DNA of 64,000 bases. It comes from Acutalibacteraceae bacterium (GTDB taxonomy: Bacteria > Bacillota > Clostridia > Oscillospirales > Acutalibacteraceae). The stretch is from positions 57,332 to 121,331 of the forward strand of contig JAZPYL010000064.1 in the NCBI GenBank assembly GCA_045544175.1, written 5' to 3'. Below, piece after piece: positions 10,477 to 21,192 of this stretch; within the stretch, counting starts at the first letter, position 1; each line of letters starts with the position of its first letter. The translations under genes and the position numbers were made by a program. The notes beneath the pieces were generated by a model, which saw nothing but the letters and a program-made list of their open reading frames with translations, was not told the origin of the DNA and searched no databases.

Positions 10477-11199
10477 TTAATATAATCTCGGTCCGAAAAT
10501 TGCCGAACCAATTCGCACGTGATTTGAACCGTTAAGTATCGCTTGTTCATAATCACCGGACATACCCATAGAAAGTATTGATATATCTGTATTATCTAAC
10601 TTTTTATCCTTTATGTCAATAAAAATTCTATGCATTTTTGAAAAATATTCATTCAATTCAATTTCATCGTCGCAAATCGGAGGAATTGTCATAAGACCTC
10701 TGATTCTTATTCCTTGCATTTCTGAAATCTGACATACCAATTCGTCCAGCATATCAGGATGAATGCCCGTCTTACTTTCTTCACCGCCGATATTTACCTC
10801 AATGAGACAATCAGTTGTAATTCCGGCAGCGGTACTGCGTTTGGATATTTCGTTTGCAAGTTTAAGAGAATCAACCGATTCAATCATTGAAACCTCACCG
10901 ACAATCTGTTTAACCTTGTTGGTCTGAAGATGACCGATAAGGTGTGCGTTAACATTGTCGAGATTGAGATAAGGCTTTTTTGAAAGTAACTCCTGAACTT
11001 TATTTTCACCAATAAGCGTAATTCCTCTTTCGAGAGCTCTGTTAATGAAAATCGGTTCGACAGTTTTGGTAACTGCCATAAAGTTGATATCTTCAAAATT
11101 CCTCGAGGATTTAATTGCTGCCTGAGCAATTTTTTCTTTTATAAACTCAACATTATAGTCAATATTCTTAAACCTTTCCTCAGTCGAGTACCATTCCAT
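10477..11199 (-). CDS. yggS: YggS/YlmE family pyridoxal-phosphate homeostasis protein
   Basis: 240 aa with FMAVTKTV (PLP lysine) and LSMGMSGDY motifs. Confidence 0.9.
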   Translation of the reverse strand: MEWYSTEERFKNIDYNVEFIKEKIAQAAIKSSRNFEDINFMAVTKTVEPIFINRALERGITLIGENKVQELLSKKPYLNLDNVNAHLIGHLQTNKVKQIVGEVSMIESVDSLKLANEISKRSTAAGITTDCLIEVNIGGEESKTGIHPDMLDELVCQISEMQGIRIRGLMTIPPICDDEIELNEYFSKMHRIFIDIKDKKLDNTDISILSMGMSGDYEQAILNGSNHVRIGSAIFGPRLY

Positions 11200-12490
11200 C
11201 GGTAATATTCATCCCCTTTACTATAATCTGATCATAAAGATTGATTGAACGGTAACGGCCTGTCTCTTCTTCATCAACCACCTTATTGCCGTCCTTATCC
11301 TCTTTATAAGCGATATATTTTTCGGCAATAACATATTCATCGCCGTAATATAAAACAGAAATCGGTGTGAACTGAACGTAATTACCGCGAATTACATATA
11401 CACCCTTAAGACCTTCATCATTTTCAACAATAGCACTGCTGTCAATTCTATAGCCTTCATAATCCTTAACAGTAATAGCAGCGTGCTCGATTCTGAGATT
11501 TGCCAGATCCTCATTCATTGATGTGCACTGAAGAGTAACGGTTATAGTGTCACCGTTGAGTTCAGAAACATTATAAACCTTCATCGATATGTCTTCAATA
11601 TTTTTATCGGGAAAATCGACTGTAACATAATTCCCCGTTTTAATAACAGATGCGTCGGTTATTGAGGTATCAAATATCATATACCATGTATGCTGAGCAA
11701 TAATTTTTCCGAATGCATTTTCATTGACTGTTTTTTCTGACTTGATTAATTTGTTGCCATCATTTACAGAAACCTTTTTACCCTCAACATCCTCATAGGA
11801 TTTTACTCCCTCATATCCGTCTACTTTGCTTACAAAGTATCCTGCGTATGAAGATTTTACGCTTCCGGATTTATCATAGGTTTTTTCAAGGCGTTTAATT
11901 TCCTTTTTAATCTCATCGATTTGTGAATCGATATCAAAGCTGTCACCGGTTGCAATCTGCTTTGTTGACATTTTTGCAGTAAAATCACTTATCGATTTAT
12001 CAAGCTCTGAAAGATTGCTGTCTGAAATGCAATCGACATAATTATCAACGGAGCTATATATACTGGAGTTCAGATAAACAACATTCACATAGCTGAGATC
12101 ACCCTGACTTTTAAGCTCACGCAAATCTTCAAGCTTTGATTTAAGCTCCTGAACCTTTATGTAGTTTTCAGCCTGTTGTTCATCATCAAAAGTAACAGCA
12201 ATTATGTCTTTTTTGCTTACACTTGCACTGTCAGAAAGAACCGGAACATAAACCTTATCACTTTGCTTTGTAAGAATAGAAATATTCTTACCGTCTTTAA
12301 TGCGGTACTCATCACGGACCGCGAAGCCTGTTACATTAAGCTTTTCTTCCTGAGTGTACCTTAGTGCATAGTCATATTCAATTTTACCGGTGCTTTTTGA
12401 ATATGCCGACTGCGCGAAATACAAAAGTATCAGAACTGCAAAAGATATCAGCATACCAATAGCAATTTTTTTATCCTTTGAGGTATTCAT
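11180..12490 (-). CDS. Membrane-anchored coiled-coil/beta-barrel protein, HlyD (membrane-fusion) like; function unknown
   Basis: 436 aa. N-terminal TM (IAIGMLISFAVLILLYF), two coiled-coil stretches, beta-rich C-terminal half. Family assignment rests on architecture only. Confidence 0.4.
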   Translation of the reverse strand: MNTSKDKKIAIGMLISFAVLILLYFAQSAYSKSTGKIEYDYALRYTQEEKLNVTGFAVRDEYRIKDGKNISILTKQSDKVYVPVLSDSASVSKKDIIAVTFDDEQQAENYIKVQELKSKLEDLRELKSQGDLSYVNVVYLNSSIYSSVDNYVDCISDSNLSELDKSISDFTAKMSTKQIATGDSFDIDSQIDEIKKEIKRLEKTYDKSGSVKSSYAGYFVSKVDGYEGVKSYEDVEGKKVSVNDGNKLIKSEKTVNENAFGKIIAQHTWYMIFDTSITDASVIKTGNYVTVDFPDKNIEDISMKVYNVSELNGDTITVTLQCTSMNEDLANLRIEHAAITVKDYEGYRIDSSAIVENDEGLKGVYVIRGNYVQFTPISVLYYGDEYVIAEKYIAYKEDKDGNKVVDEEETGRYRSINLYDQIIVKGMNITDGMVLD

Positions 12491-13428
12491 AAATTTTCAC
12501 CCAAATGCTTATCTATAATTTCTGCCGCCTTTGAAATAAGAGTGTCATCACCGAGGCAGTCAATGTTTATCCAGTTAATCTTTTCGTTTCTTCTGAACCA
12601 GGTGAGCTGTCTTTTGGCATATCTTCTGGTTTCCATTTTAAGCTTTTCAGTTGCTTCATTCAGAGAAACAAGTCCGTCAATGTAGGGCTTCAGTTCTTTA
12701 TAGCCGATTGCCTGCTTTGCCGTTTTTGAAATATCAGATGAGAAAAATTCTTCAGCTTCTTCAATCAGACCTTCTTCGAGCATCATATCAACTCTGAGGT
12801 TGATTCTGTCATAAAGGAATTGCCTGTTCTCAGCGTTAAGACCAATTATACACCAGTCAAATTCACTTTCATTGATATGTGAAAGCTCGTCTTGCTCACT
12901 GATAGTTTTGCCTGTTGAATAATAAACCTCAAGAGCTCTGATTATACGCTTTCTGTCATTGATATGAAGCCTTGAGTGAGCCTCAGGGTCAATTTCGCTA
13001 AGCTTATTATAAAGCGAGTCAATCCCCTTTTCTTCAGCTTCGGCTTCAAGTTTTTCTCTTATGTCTGTCTTTTCATAATCAAGAAAAGTAGTATTATTTA
13101 TAAGAGTATCAATATATAATCCCGTTCCCCCTGCGACAACGGGCAGTTTACCTCTGCTGAGAATATCCTTTATAATTTCAACGGCTCTGTCTTTATACAT
13201 AGCAACGCTGAACTCTTCATCGGTATCAATAATACTTATAAGATGGTGCTTTGCCTGTGAAAGCTCATCAGCAGTAGGCTTAGCTGTTGCAATATTCATT
13301 TTTTTATATATTTGCATTGAATCGGCAGAAACTATCTCACCGTTGTGTTTTTTCGCAATATCAATGGCAAGAGATGTCTTTCCTGATGCCGTGGGACCCA
13401 CAATGACAACAACTAAAGGCTTTTTCAT
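12487..13428 (-). CDS. miaA: tRNA dimethylallyltransferase
   Basis: 313 aa, P-loop GPTASGKTSLA, conserved MiaA core. Adjacent to mutL as in many Firmicutes. Confidence 0.92.
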   Translation of the reverse strand: MKKPLVVVIVGPTASGKTSLAIDIAKKHNGEIVSADSMQIYKKMNIATAKPTADELSQAKHHLISIIDTDEEFSVAMYKDRAVEIIKDILSRGKLPVVAGGTGLYIDTLINNTTFLDYEKTDIREKLEAEAEEKGIDSLYNKLSEIDPEAHSRLHINDRKRIIRALEVYYSTGKTISEQDELSHINESEFDWCIIGLNAENRQFLYDRINLRVDMMLEEGLIEEAEEFFSSDISKTAKQAIGYKELKPYIDGLVSLNEATEKLKMETRRYAKRQLTWFRRNEKINWINIDCLGDDTLISKAAEIIDKHLGENL

Positions 13429-13446
13429 TAATACTCTCCGATAATT

Positions 13447-15519
13447 TTATTGTATTCTGCCGAACATTTTTTCAAGTTCATACTTTGAAAGCTCAAGAAG
13501 AACAGGTCTTCCGTGAGGACAGTATCTGACAGTATCATCATATAAAACTGCTTCAGCAAGAACCTTCATTTCGGCTGTAGAATTCTTGTATCCCGCTTTA
13601 ATTGCAGCTTTACATGCCGAAGTATGATGAATACGGTCAATCTTTTCTGATTCAATATTTGTTCGGTTTTCGCTTAAATATGTTGCAATTTCAACTATAG
13701 TATCCTCGATATCGTCTCCCGAAATAAGCATAGGACATTCCCGTACAATGACTGTGCCTGTGCCGAAATCTTCAACAAGATAACCTGCTTTTGAGAAAGA
13801 ATCAAGGTTTTCGAGGATTACATTATATTCGTTTTTATTAAGAGTAACAGTCACGGGAGTCAGAAGCACCTGAGAAGATACATTGTCCTGTGCGTTTTTC
13901 TTTATTTTATTATAGATTATTCTTTCGTGCGCTGCATGCTTATCAATAAGACAGATTTTTCCGTCATATTCGCAGATTATATATGTTTTGAAAGCTTCAC
14001 CTAAAAGTCTTAAAGGCTTGGGTGCTTTCTTTTCTTCGGTTATCACAACTCTTGTCTGCCTTGTCGGTTCAGACACAACATGAGAGTCATTAGTTTTCTT
14101 AAACGGCTCTGCGAATTTAACGGCCTCAGCAGGTCTATTCACAACCGGTTGAGGTTTATTCTCTTCTACAGCCACTTTACGAGGCTGAACAACTGTTTCT
14201 GTACGTTTTTCCTGCACCTGCCTGCGTTTGAATCCAGATACCAAATCAGGCTCGTCGGAATTTGAAAAGCCTTTATTCGTTGTTTCCGGTGCATTTAGAG
14301 TAATTGAAGACTGAAACTCCGAAGAAGACATTTTATTCCAGAAAGGCTTGTCCTGCTTCGGCTGGGGAGACGATATTTTGTTCTGAAGAGTAACATTTTT
14401 AAGTGTTTTATCTTCAGCCTGTTTCATTTTAACAGGTGTGTCTTCTTCAACCATCTGCAACTGCGCATAATCAGGTCTTGCTTTTTCTGTAAGCTTAGCC
14501 ATTTTATCAGAATTCACCGAGGGAGCAGAATCAAACTCAGAAATCGCGCCTTTAACTGCATAATACACAGCTGAGGAAACCTTTCTTTCGTCGCTGAAGC
14601 GTACCTCAGTTTTTGCAGGATGCACATTCACATCAACAGTTTCGGGCCTTACCTGTACATTAAGTACACAGCTGGGGAATTTACCTACCATTATCGTGTT
14701 TTTGTAAGCATTTTCCATTGACGCCATAATTGAACGTGACTTAATGTTTCTGTTATTGAGAAAGAAATACTGCATAGCCCTTGACGGTCTTGCACATACG
14801 GGTTTGCAAACATAACCCGATACTTTTACACCGTCAAGCTCATAATCGACCTCAAGAAGACTCTCTGCAAAGGTTCTGCCAAAAACTGAATAAATTGCAG
14901 AAAGCAATTTTCCGTCACCGGGAGTAATAAGAGCCTGTTTGCCTTCACGGATAAATCTTATACTGATTTCGGGATGAGAAAGTGCAATTTTATCAACTAT
15001 ATCAGCGACTGCATTGGCTTCAGAAACGTCTCTTTTGAGAAATTTCATTCTTGCCGGCGTGTTGTAGAATAAGTCTCTTACAACAATTGTAGTTCCGTTG
15101 GGACAGCCTGCAGCATCGTATGAAGTCTGAACACCGCCTTCAATTGAATAGGCCGTTCCCATTTCTTCTTCAATTGTTTTTGTAAGAATCTCTGTTCTCG
15201 AAACAGCGGCAATTGATGCGAGAGCCTCACCTCTGAAGCCGAGAGTAAAAATAGAATTAAGGTCAGTTTCTTCCTTAAGCTTACTTGTAGCATGGCTCAA
15301 GAATGCCTTAGGAACATCTTCTCTGACAATACCGCATCCGTTGTCTGTAATGCGAATATAAGTAACGCCGCCGTTTTTTATTTCAAGAGTAATTGTTGTA
15401 GCACCGGCATCAATAGAGTTTTCCATAAGCTCTTTTACAACCGATGCAGGCCTTTCGACAACTTCACCGGCAGCGATAAGCTCAGCTATATGTCTTGATA
15501 ATACGTTGATTCTTGCCAT
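13447..15519 (-). CDS. mutL: DNA mismatch repair protein MutL
   Basis: 690 aa. N-terminal GHKL ATPase (AAGEVVERPASVVKELMENSIDAG) and a C-terminal endonuclease domain. Confidence 0.95.
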   Translation of the reverse strand: MARINVLSRHIAELIAAGEVVERPASVVKELMENSIDAGATTITLEIKNGGVTYIRITDNGCGIVREDVPKAFLSHATSKLKEETDLNSIFTLGFRGEALASIAAVSRTEILTKTIEEEMGTAYSIEGGVQTSYDAAGCPNGTTIVVRDLFYNTPARMKFLKRDVSEANAVADIVDKIALSHPEISIRFIREGKQALITPGDGKLLSAIYSVFGRTFAESLLEVDYELDGVKVSGYVCKPVCARPSRAMQYFFLNNRNIKSRSIMASMENAYKNTIMVGKFPSCVLNVQVRPETVDVNVHPAKTEVRFSDERKVSSAVYYAVKGAISEFDSAPSVNSDKMAKLTEKARPDYAQLQMVEEDTPVKMKQAEDKTLKNVTLQNKISSPQPKQDKPFWNKMSSSEFQSSITLNAPETTNKGFSNSDEPDLVSGFKRRQVQEKRTETVVQPRKVAVEENKPQPVVNRPAEAVKFAEPFKKTNDSHVVSEPTRQTRVVITEEKKAPKPLRLLGEAFKTYIICEYDGKICLIDKHAAHERIIYNKIKKNAQDNVSSQVLLTPVTVTLNKNEYNVILENLDSFSKAGYLVEDFGTGTVIVRECPMLISGDDIEDTIVEIATYLSENRTNIESEKIDRIHHTSACKAAIKAGYKNSTAEMKVLAEAVLYDDTVRYCPHGRPVLLELSKYELEKMFGRIQ

Positions 15520-15547
15520 AAAGTTGTCATTCCCTTCTTTTTATCAA

Positions 15548-18178
15548 TCAGAAGCCCGTTTGCCTTGCTTTTGTAACAAGCTCGTGGAGAGTAGTCAGGG
15601 CTTCAAGCGGAGTCAATGTATTAATGTCTATATTTTTAATTGAATCTATAATTTCGTCGTCAAGAGTGGATTTTAGCGAAAGCTGAAGCTCTTCTTCCTC
15701 TTCTTCTATAAGAATGTTCTTCATAGAGGTTATATGGTCCGGATTAAGTGCCTCAAGCTCAGATAAAATCTGTCTCGCTCTTGATACAATACCGTTCGGT
15801 ATACCTGCAAGCTTTGCAACTTCTATGCCGTAGCTTCCGTCAGCAGCGCCTCTTACAATTCTTCTGAGGAATGTAATTGTGTCACCTTTTTTCTTGACAG
15901 AAATATTGTAATTCTTAACCCCGTCAATCTGATTTTCAATCTCGGTAAGCTCGTGGTAATGCGTGGAGAAAAGAGTTTTTGCTCCGAGTTTTTTCTTGTC
16001 AGCGATATATTCAAGTACGGCTCTTGCAATACTCATTCCGTCAAAGGTGGATGTACCTCTGCCGACTTCATCAAGAATAATAAGGCTGTTTTTGTCAGCA
16101 TTTTTGATTATGTTTGAAACCTCATTCATCTCAACCATAAATGTTGACTGACCTGTTGCAAGGTCATCCGAGGCACCTACTCTTGTGAAAATACTGCCTA
16201 TTATTGAAAGCTCAGCTCTTCTCGCAGGAACAAACGAGCCAATCTGAGCCATAAGACAGATTAAAGCTACCTGCCTCATATAAGTAGATTTACCTGCCAT
16301 ATTAGGTCCTGTGATAATTGAACATCTGTTATCAGCACAATCCATATAGGTATCATTGGGTACAAAGGGTGCACCGTCGAGCATAAGCTCTACTACGGGG
16401 TGTCTGCCTTCACTGATGTCGATAACAGTGCCGTCAAGCATTGTAGGACAAGTGTAATTATTATTTATCGCTACCTTTGCAAATGAGCAAAGCACATCGG
16501 TTACAGCTATAGCTGCAGCTGTAGACTGTATTCTGTTGAATTCGTCAGCGATACTCTTTCTTATCTGGCAGAATATCTCATATTCAAGCTTAACAATTCT
16601 TTCCTCAGCACCTAAAACCTTACTTTCAAGTTCTTTAAGCTCCTGCGTGATATATCTTTCTGCATTTGCAAGGGTCTGTTTTCTTATATAATCATCGGGT
16701 ACAAGACTTTTAAATGAATTGGTAACCTCAATATAATAGCCGAATACCCTGTTATAGCCAACTCTGAGTTTAGTAATACCCGTTCTTTCTTTTTCACGGG
16801 CTTCAATCTCTCTGATGTATGTTTCACCGTTCGCCTTGATATCCTTGAGCGAATCAAGCTCCTCATTAAAACCGCTTTTGATAATTCCGCCTTCTCTTAT
16901 ACTGAAAGGTGCATCAGGGTCAATAGCAGCATCAATAAGATTGTATACATCTTCGAGCAAATCAACAGCTTCATACTGCTGCTTAAGATATGCGCTCTTA
17001 GAATCAGCAAGAAGTGCTTTAATTTCAGGTAAAGCCGAAACAGTCTGCTTGAGAGAATTAAGGTCTTTACCGTTAGCAGATTCAAAAACAATTCTTGTCA
17101 GAAGTCTTTCGATGTCGAAAACGCCCGAAAGAGCTTCACAAAGATCATAAAGCTTCATACTGTTATCAAACAGCTCGCCGACAGCATTATGACGGCGTGT
17201 TATCTGATTGTAATTAATAAGAGGCTTTTCAAGCCATGAGCGTAAAAGTCTTTTACCCATAGCTGTTTTTGTTTTATCAAGAACCCAGAGAAGAGAGCCT
17301 CTTTTTTCTCTGCTTCTCATAGTTTCAGTAATTTCAAGGTCTCTTTTTGTGGAATAGTCCACCTTCATAAACTGACTGTCAGAATAATAGTTGATTTCCC
17401 TTATGTTGCCCAGATCGTTCTTCTGAACATTCATAAGATACTTAAGTGCCGCACCGACAGCTATTACGGCATGCATTGATTTATCAGTAACATAAGAATC
17501 AAACTTTTCTTTACCGAAATGACTGTTGCAGATTTCAAGACAGTCCGCAAATTCAAAGAAGCTGTCTTCGGGAATTTCGCATACAGCATCAACTTTTCTT
17601 GTAATAAATGAAGAAATATTCTTATTTTCACTGACTTTTCTGTTCAGTACAATTTCACTGGGTGAAAAAACACCGAGCTCATTGATAATTTTGTTTTCGA
17701 GATTTTTGCAAGTCTCAAACTGCGTAAGATTAACCGTACCGGTCGAAACATCGCAGAAGCAGATGCCTACGCCGTTATCATCAAGGAAAATAGATGTGAG
17801 ATAGTTGTTCTTTGACTCGTCAAGCATTGAATTTTCAATAATACTACCCTTAGTGATAACACGGATAACATCTCTCTTAACAAGTCCTTTTGTTGTTGCG
17901 GGATCTTCAACCTGCTCACAAATCGCAACCTTATGGCCCTGCATAACAAGCTTTGCAATATAGCCGTCTGCAGAATGGAAAGGAACACCGCACATAGGCG
18001 CTCTTTCCCCACCACCACAGGCACGACCTGTGAGTGTCAGTTCAAGAATTGATGAAGCAAGCTTAGCATCATCATAAAACATTTCATAAAAATCGCCCAG
18101 TCGGAAAAACAGAATAGTATCCGGGTATTCCTTTTTGATTTCAAAGTACTGCGCCATCATAGGTGTCATTTCAGACAT
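15548..18178 (-). CDS. mutS: DNA mismatch repair protein MutS
   Basis: 876 aa with MTPMMAQYFEIK at the N-terminus, Walker A GPNMAGKST and STFMVEM. Confidence 0.95.
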   Translation of the reverse strand: MSEMTPMMAQYFEIKKEYPDTILFFRLGDFYEMFYDDAKLASSILELTLTGRACGGGERAPMCGVPFHSADGYIAKLVMQGHKVAICEQVEDPATTKGLVKRDVIRVITKGSIIENSMLDESKNNYLTSIFLDDNGVGICFCDVSTGTVNLTQFETCKNLENKIINELGVFSPSEIVLNRKVSENKNISSFITRKVDAVCEIPEDSFFEFADCLEICNSHFGKEKFDSYVTDKSMHAVIAVGAALKYLMNVQKNDLGNIREINYYSDSQFMKVDYSTKRDLEITETMRSREKRGSLLWVLDKTKTAMGKRLLRSWLEKPLINYNQITRRHNAVGELFDNSMKLYDLCEALSGVFDIERLLTRIVFESANGKDLNSLKQTVSALPEIKALLADSKSAYLKQQYEAVDLLEDVYNLIDAAIDPDAPFSIREGGIIKSGFNEELDSLKDIKANGETYIREIEAREKERTGITKLRVGYNRVFGYYIEVTNSFKSLVPDDYIRKQTLANAERYITQELKELESKVLGAEERIVKLEYEIFCQIRKSIADEFNRIQSTAAAIAVTDVLCSFAKVAINNNYTCPTMLDGTVIDISEGRHPVVELMLDGAPFVPNDTYMDCADNRCSIITGPNMAGKSTYMRQVALICLMAQIGSFVPARRAELSIIGSIFTRVGASDDLATGQSTFMVEMNEVSNIIKNADKNSLIILDEVGRGTSTFDGMSIARAVLEYIADKKKLGAKTLFSTHYHELTEIENQIDGVKNYNISVKKKGDTITFLRRIVRGAADGSYGIEVAKLAGIPNGIVSRARQILSELEALNPDHITSMKNILIEEEEEELQLSLKSTLDDEIIDSIKNIDINTLTPLEALTTLHELVTKARQTGF

Positions 18179-18222
18179 ATTGTTTTTCCTCCTGTGATTT
18201 ATAATTCCTCAGATATTAATGC

Positions 18223-18639
18223 TTAGTGGCAGCCGCTGCAAGATGCGCATGAACCGTTGCAATCGTGCTCGTGGGGCTTCTCGGGTTCGCAGGTTGCAGG
18301 ATCTGCACCGTTAACGCAAAGACCGAGGATCTGCATAATGTAGTTCATCATTTCATCTACTGCTGTTCTTGCTTCATCGTATGCCTGCATCTTTTCGTTA
18401 TCCATAAGCTTTGTGTAAGCATCGTTGAATTCTTCTTCAAAAGCATGCATTTTATCTGCATCAGGTGTTTCCTTAGAAGCTTCCATCTGATAGTTCATCT
18501 GAACGAGCTGAAGCTGAGCCATAAGGTCGTTGAGCTCTTTATCGTTCATATTAGCTTCCTGAGCCTTTGAAAATCTGATGTAGCGCTCGTCCTGCTGAAT
18601 AGCTGCACCGAGTTCTCTTGTAAGTTTGATAATGTCCAT
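18223..18639 (-). CDS. YmcA/YlbF (Com_YlbF, RicA-like) family protein with Cys/His-rich C-terminal tail
   Basis: 138 aa helical protein. It lies between miaB and mutS, the same position as B. subtilis ymcA. The tail is CEPEKPHEHDCNGSCASCSGCH. Confidence 0.6.
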   Translation of the reverse strand: MDIIKLTRELGAAIQQDERYIRFSKAQEANMNDKELNDLMAQLQLVQMNYQMEASKETPDADKMHAFEEEFNDAYTKLMDNEKMQAYDEARTAVDEMMNYIMQILGLCVNGADPATCEPEKPHEHDCNGSCASCSGCH

Positions 18640-18700
18640 TTGTGTGTACTCCTTAAAAAAGATATTTTATAATAAATACTCTTACTAAAGTAAGCGTAAA

Positions 18701-20119
18701 TTATCCTACATATTCGCCGTAAACAACCCATGTCTTAGGCTCTGTAACTTTAACGTTAACAAACTGACCGATAAGACTGTCATCACCCTTGAATTCGATG
18801 ATAACATTACCATCCGTTCTGCCTGAAAGAATGCCGTCATTCTTCGCTTTTCCCTCAACAAGAACTTTGTAGGTTTTACCGAGCATGGCTGCGGTTCTTT
18901 TACCTGCAATACTCTCCTGTAAATCAGTAAGCTCTTTAAACCATCTGCCTTTTTCCTCTCTTGAAACAGGATCGGGCAAATCGTAAGCCTTTGTTCCCGG
19001 TCTCGGAGAGAAAATAAAGGTAAACAGCGATGTATATTTTACCTTTTCAATAAGTGAAAGAGTGTCCTTGAATTCATTATAGGTTTCACCCGGAAAGCCG
19101 ACAATTACATCGCTTGTAATCGAAAGGTCAGGCATAATCTTATATGCATAATCAATCAGACTCAAGTATTTTTCTCTGTCATAATGTCTGTTCATTTCCT
19201 TTAAGACTCTGTCATTTCCCGATTGGAAAGGAAGATGCAGATGCTTTGCAATTTTATCTGATGAAGCCATAACATCAAGGAGCTCTTTAGTGCAGTCCCT
19301 CGGATGTGAGGTCATAAAACGCACAATAAAGTCGCCTTCAATTTCAGATATCGCCTTGAGAAGTGCAGGAAAATGCTTGTCCTCAGATAAATCTTTGTTG
19401 TACGAATTAACATTCTGTCCGAGGAGAGTAATTTCCTTGTATCCGGCTGAAACAAGCTCTCTGACCTCGTTTATAACAACATCGAAATCTCTGCTTCTTT
19501 CTCTGCCTTTAACATAGGGCACAATACAGTATGAACAGAAATTATTACATCCGTACATAACAGGTACCCAGGCCTTGAATGTGCCGTCTCTTTTAATTGG
19601 CATACCTTCAACAATATTGCCGTCGCTATCAGTAATATCTATAACTCTTTTGCCTGTACAAAGTACACGGTAAATAAATTCGGGAAGCTTGTGTGAAACG
19701 TGTGTGCCGAAAAGTAAATCTACAAAAGAAAAGCTTCTTTTAATTCTTTCAGCAACACTTTTTTGCTGTGTCATACAGCCGCAAAGCCCGATTATAAGAT
19801 CAGGATTAGACTTTTTGATTGGCTTTAATGCCCCTACATTACCGAACACTCTGTCTTCAGCGTGTTCTCTTATAGCACAGGTGTTATACAAAACAAGGTC
19901 AGCTTTTTCGGGAGTATCGATAAATTCATATCCCATTTCACGAAGCATACCCTGAAGCCTTTCGCCATCAGAAACATTACCCTGACAACCGTAAGTGTGA
20001 ACATAAGCTTTAGGTGCCGCTACCGGAAAACGTGAAGAAAGAACAGTCTTCACAAGCTCCATATATTCTCTTTGTTTATTTAATTCTGCCTCAGGGACAG
20101 TAAATCTGCTGTTACTCAA
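18701..20119 (-). CDS. miaB: tRNA-i6A37 methylthiotransferase MiaB (radical SAM)
   Basis: 472 aa. UPF0004 N-domain (TYGCQ), radical SAM CNNFCSYCIVP, C-terminal TRAM domain. Confidence 0.92.
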   Translation of the reverse strand: MSNSRFTVPEAELNKQREYMELVKTVLSSRFPVAAPKAYVHTYGCQGNVSDGERLQGMLREMGYEFIDTPEKADLVLYNTCAIREHAEDRVFGNVGALKPIKKSNPDLIIGLCGCMTQQKSVAERIKRSFSFVDLLFGTHVSHKLPEFIYRVLCTGKRVIDITDSDGNIVEGMPIKRDGTFKAWVPVMYGCNNFCSYCIVPYVKGRERSRDFDVVINEVRELVSAGYKEITLLGQNVNSYNKDLSEDKHFPALLKAISEIEGDFIVRFMTSHPRDCTKELLDVMASSDKIAKHLHLPFQSGNDRVLKEMNRHYDREKYLSLIDYAYKIMPDLSITSDVIVGFPGETYNEFKDTLSLIEKVKYTSLFTFIFSPRPGTKAYDLPDPVSREEKGRWFKELTDLQESIAGKRTAAMLGKTYKVLVEGKAKNDGILSGRTDGNVIIEFKGDDSLIGQFVNVKVTEPKTWVVYGEYVG

Positions 20120-21081
20120 TTCTGTTTTTCTTCTTTCTGTGATTTTTCTGAAATATCAATAAGCTTCTTCAATCTGTGATTGACTGCAGAGCGGCTCATA
20201 ACAGGAGAACACATCTCCCCTATTTCTCTTAAGCTTGAATCAGGATTTTCAATACGAAGAATTGCTACCTGCTTAAGATCCTCGGGCAAGTCATTAAAGG
20301 TACCCGATTCTTTGAGCTTTTCAATTGCACTTACCTGATCAAAAGAGGCGTAAACCGTTCTGGAAAGGTTCGCACTTTCAAAATTATTGCGTCTGTTGGT
20401 CAGATTTCTTAAATCTTTATATATCTTAATATTCATTATCTCAAGTGCAGCAAGCTGCGCACCCATTAAAGTGAGTAAGTCTTCTATGCTTTCGCTGTCT
20501 TTGACATAAATAACATTCACGTATCTTCTTACCATATGCTTGGCTTTGATACCATAATCATTAAGTATCTTTAAAAGATCCATGCTTAAGGTTTTAAACG
20601 GAACAACAAACTCAATATGGTAGCTTTTATTGGGATCGGAAGCCGTACCGCAAGAAAGAAAGGCACCTCTTAAAAACGCTGCATCACAGCAGTTTGTATT
20701 TTCTTCGGTGTTTCCCGAATCATTAGTGAGATTTCCTCTGTCAATTCTGAGCGTTCTTTCGGTTCCCGTGCAGGAAAATACCGATAAAACCTTCTTCCTG
20801 TCATCTGCAGATTCAAATCCGACTGTATGCTTACCTGCCTCCGAAACAGTGCTGTATGCCTTGATTTTACAAGCTTTTTCGGCAAGAGCAGTATATTTCA
20901 AAGCAACACTGCTGTTATCGGTCATTAATGAAATATCGTTAAGACCGAAGGAACGTCCGAAAAGGAACATTCCGTATGCCATTGCATGCGTACAGCACTC
21001 GGGCATATTGTCAATTTTAATAAGCTCATCTTTGATTTTTGACGAAAAAGACATTAATGCCCTCCTTTTGTTATCAGTCAA
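20116..21081 (-). CDS. whiA: DNA-binding protein WhiA
   Basis: 321 aa with a LAGLIDADG-like core and a C-terminal HTH (SRSAVNHRLKKL). Confidence 0.9.
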   Translation of the reverse strand: MTDNKRRALMSFSSKIKDELIKIDNMPECCTHAMAYGMFLFGRSFGLNDISLMTDNSSVALKYTALAEKACKIKAYSTVSEAGKHTVGFESADDRKKVLSVFSCTGTERTLRIDRGNLTNDSGNTEENTNCCDAAFLRGAFLSCGTASDPNKSYHIEFVVPFKTLSMDLLKILNDYGIKAKHMVRRYVNVIYVKDSESIEDLLTLMGAQLAALEIMNIKIYKDLRNLTNRRNNFESANLSRTVYASFDQVSAIEKLKESGTFNDLPEDLKQVAILRIENPDSSLREIGEMCSPVMSRSAVNHRLKKLIDISEKSQKEEKQN

Positions 21082-21192
21082 CGTTTTAAAACCTTACATA
21101 ATACATCTGCATTTAAAAGAGTTATTCATAGCACAGGTTTTCCCTGTCCTATGATTATCCGACTACAATTAAAAGCAACATATTTGCACAGT

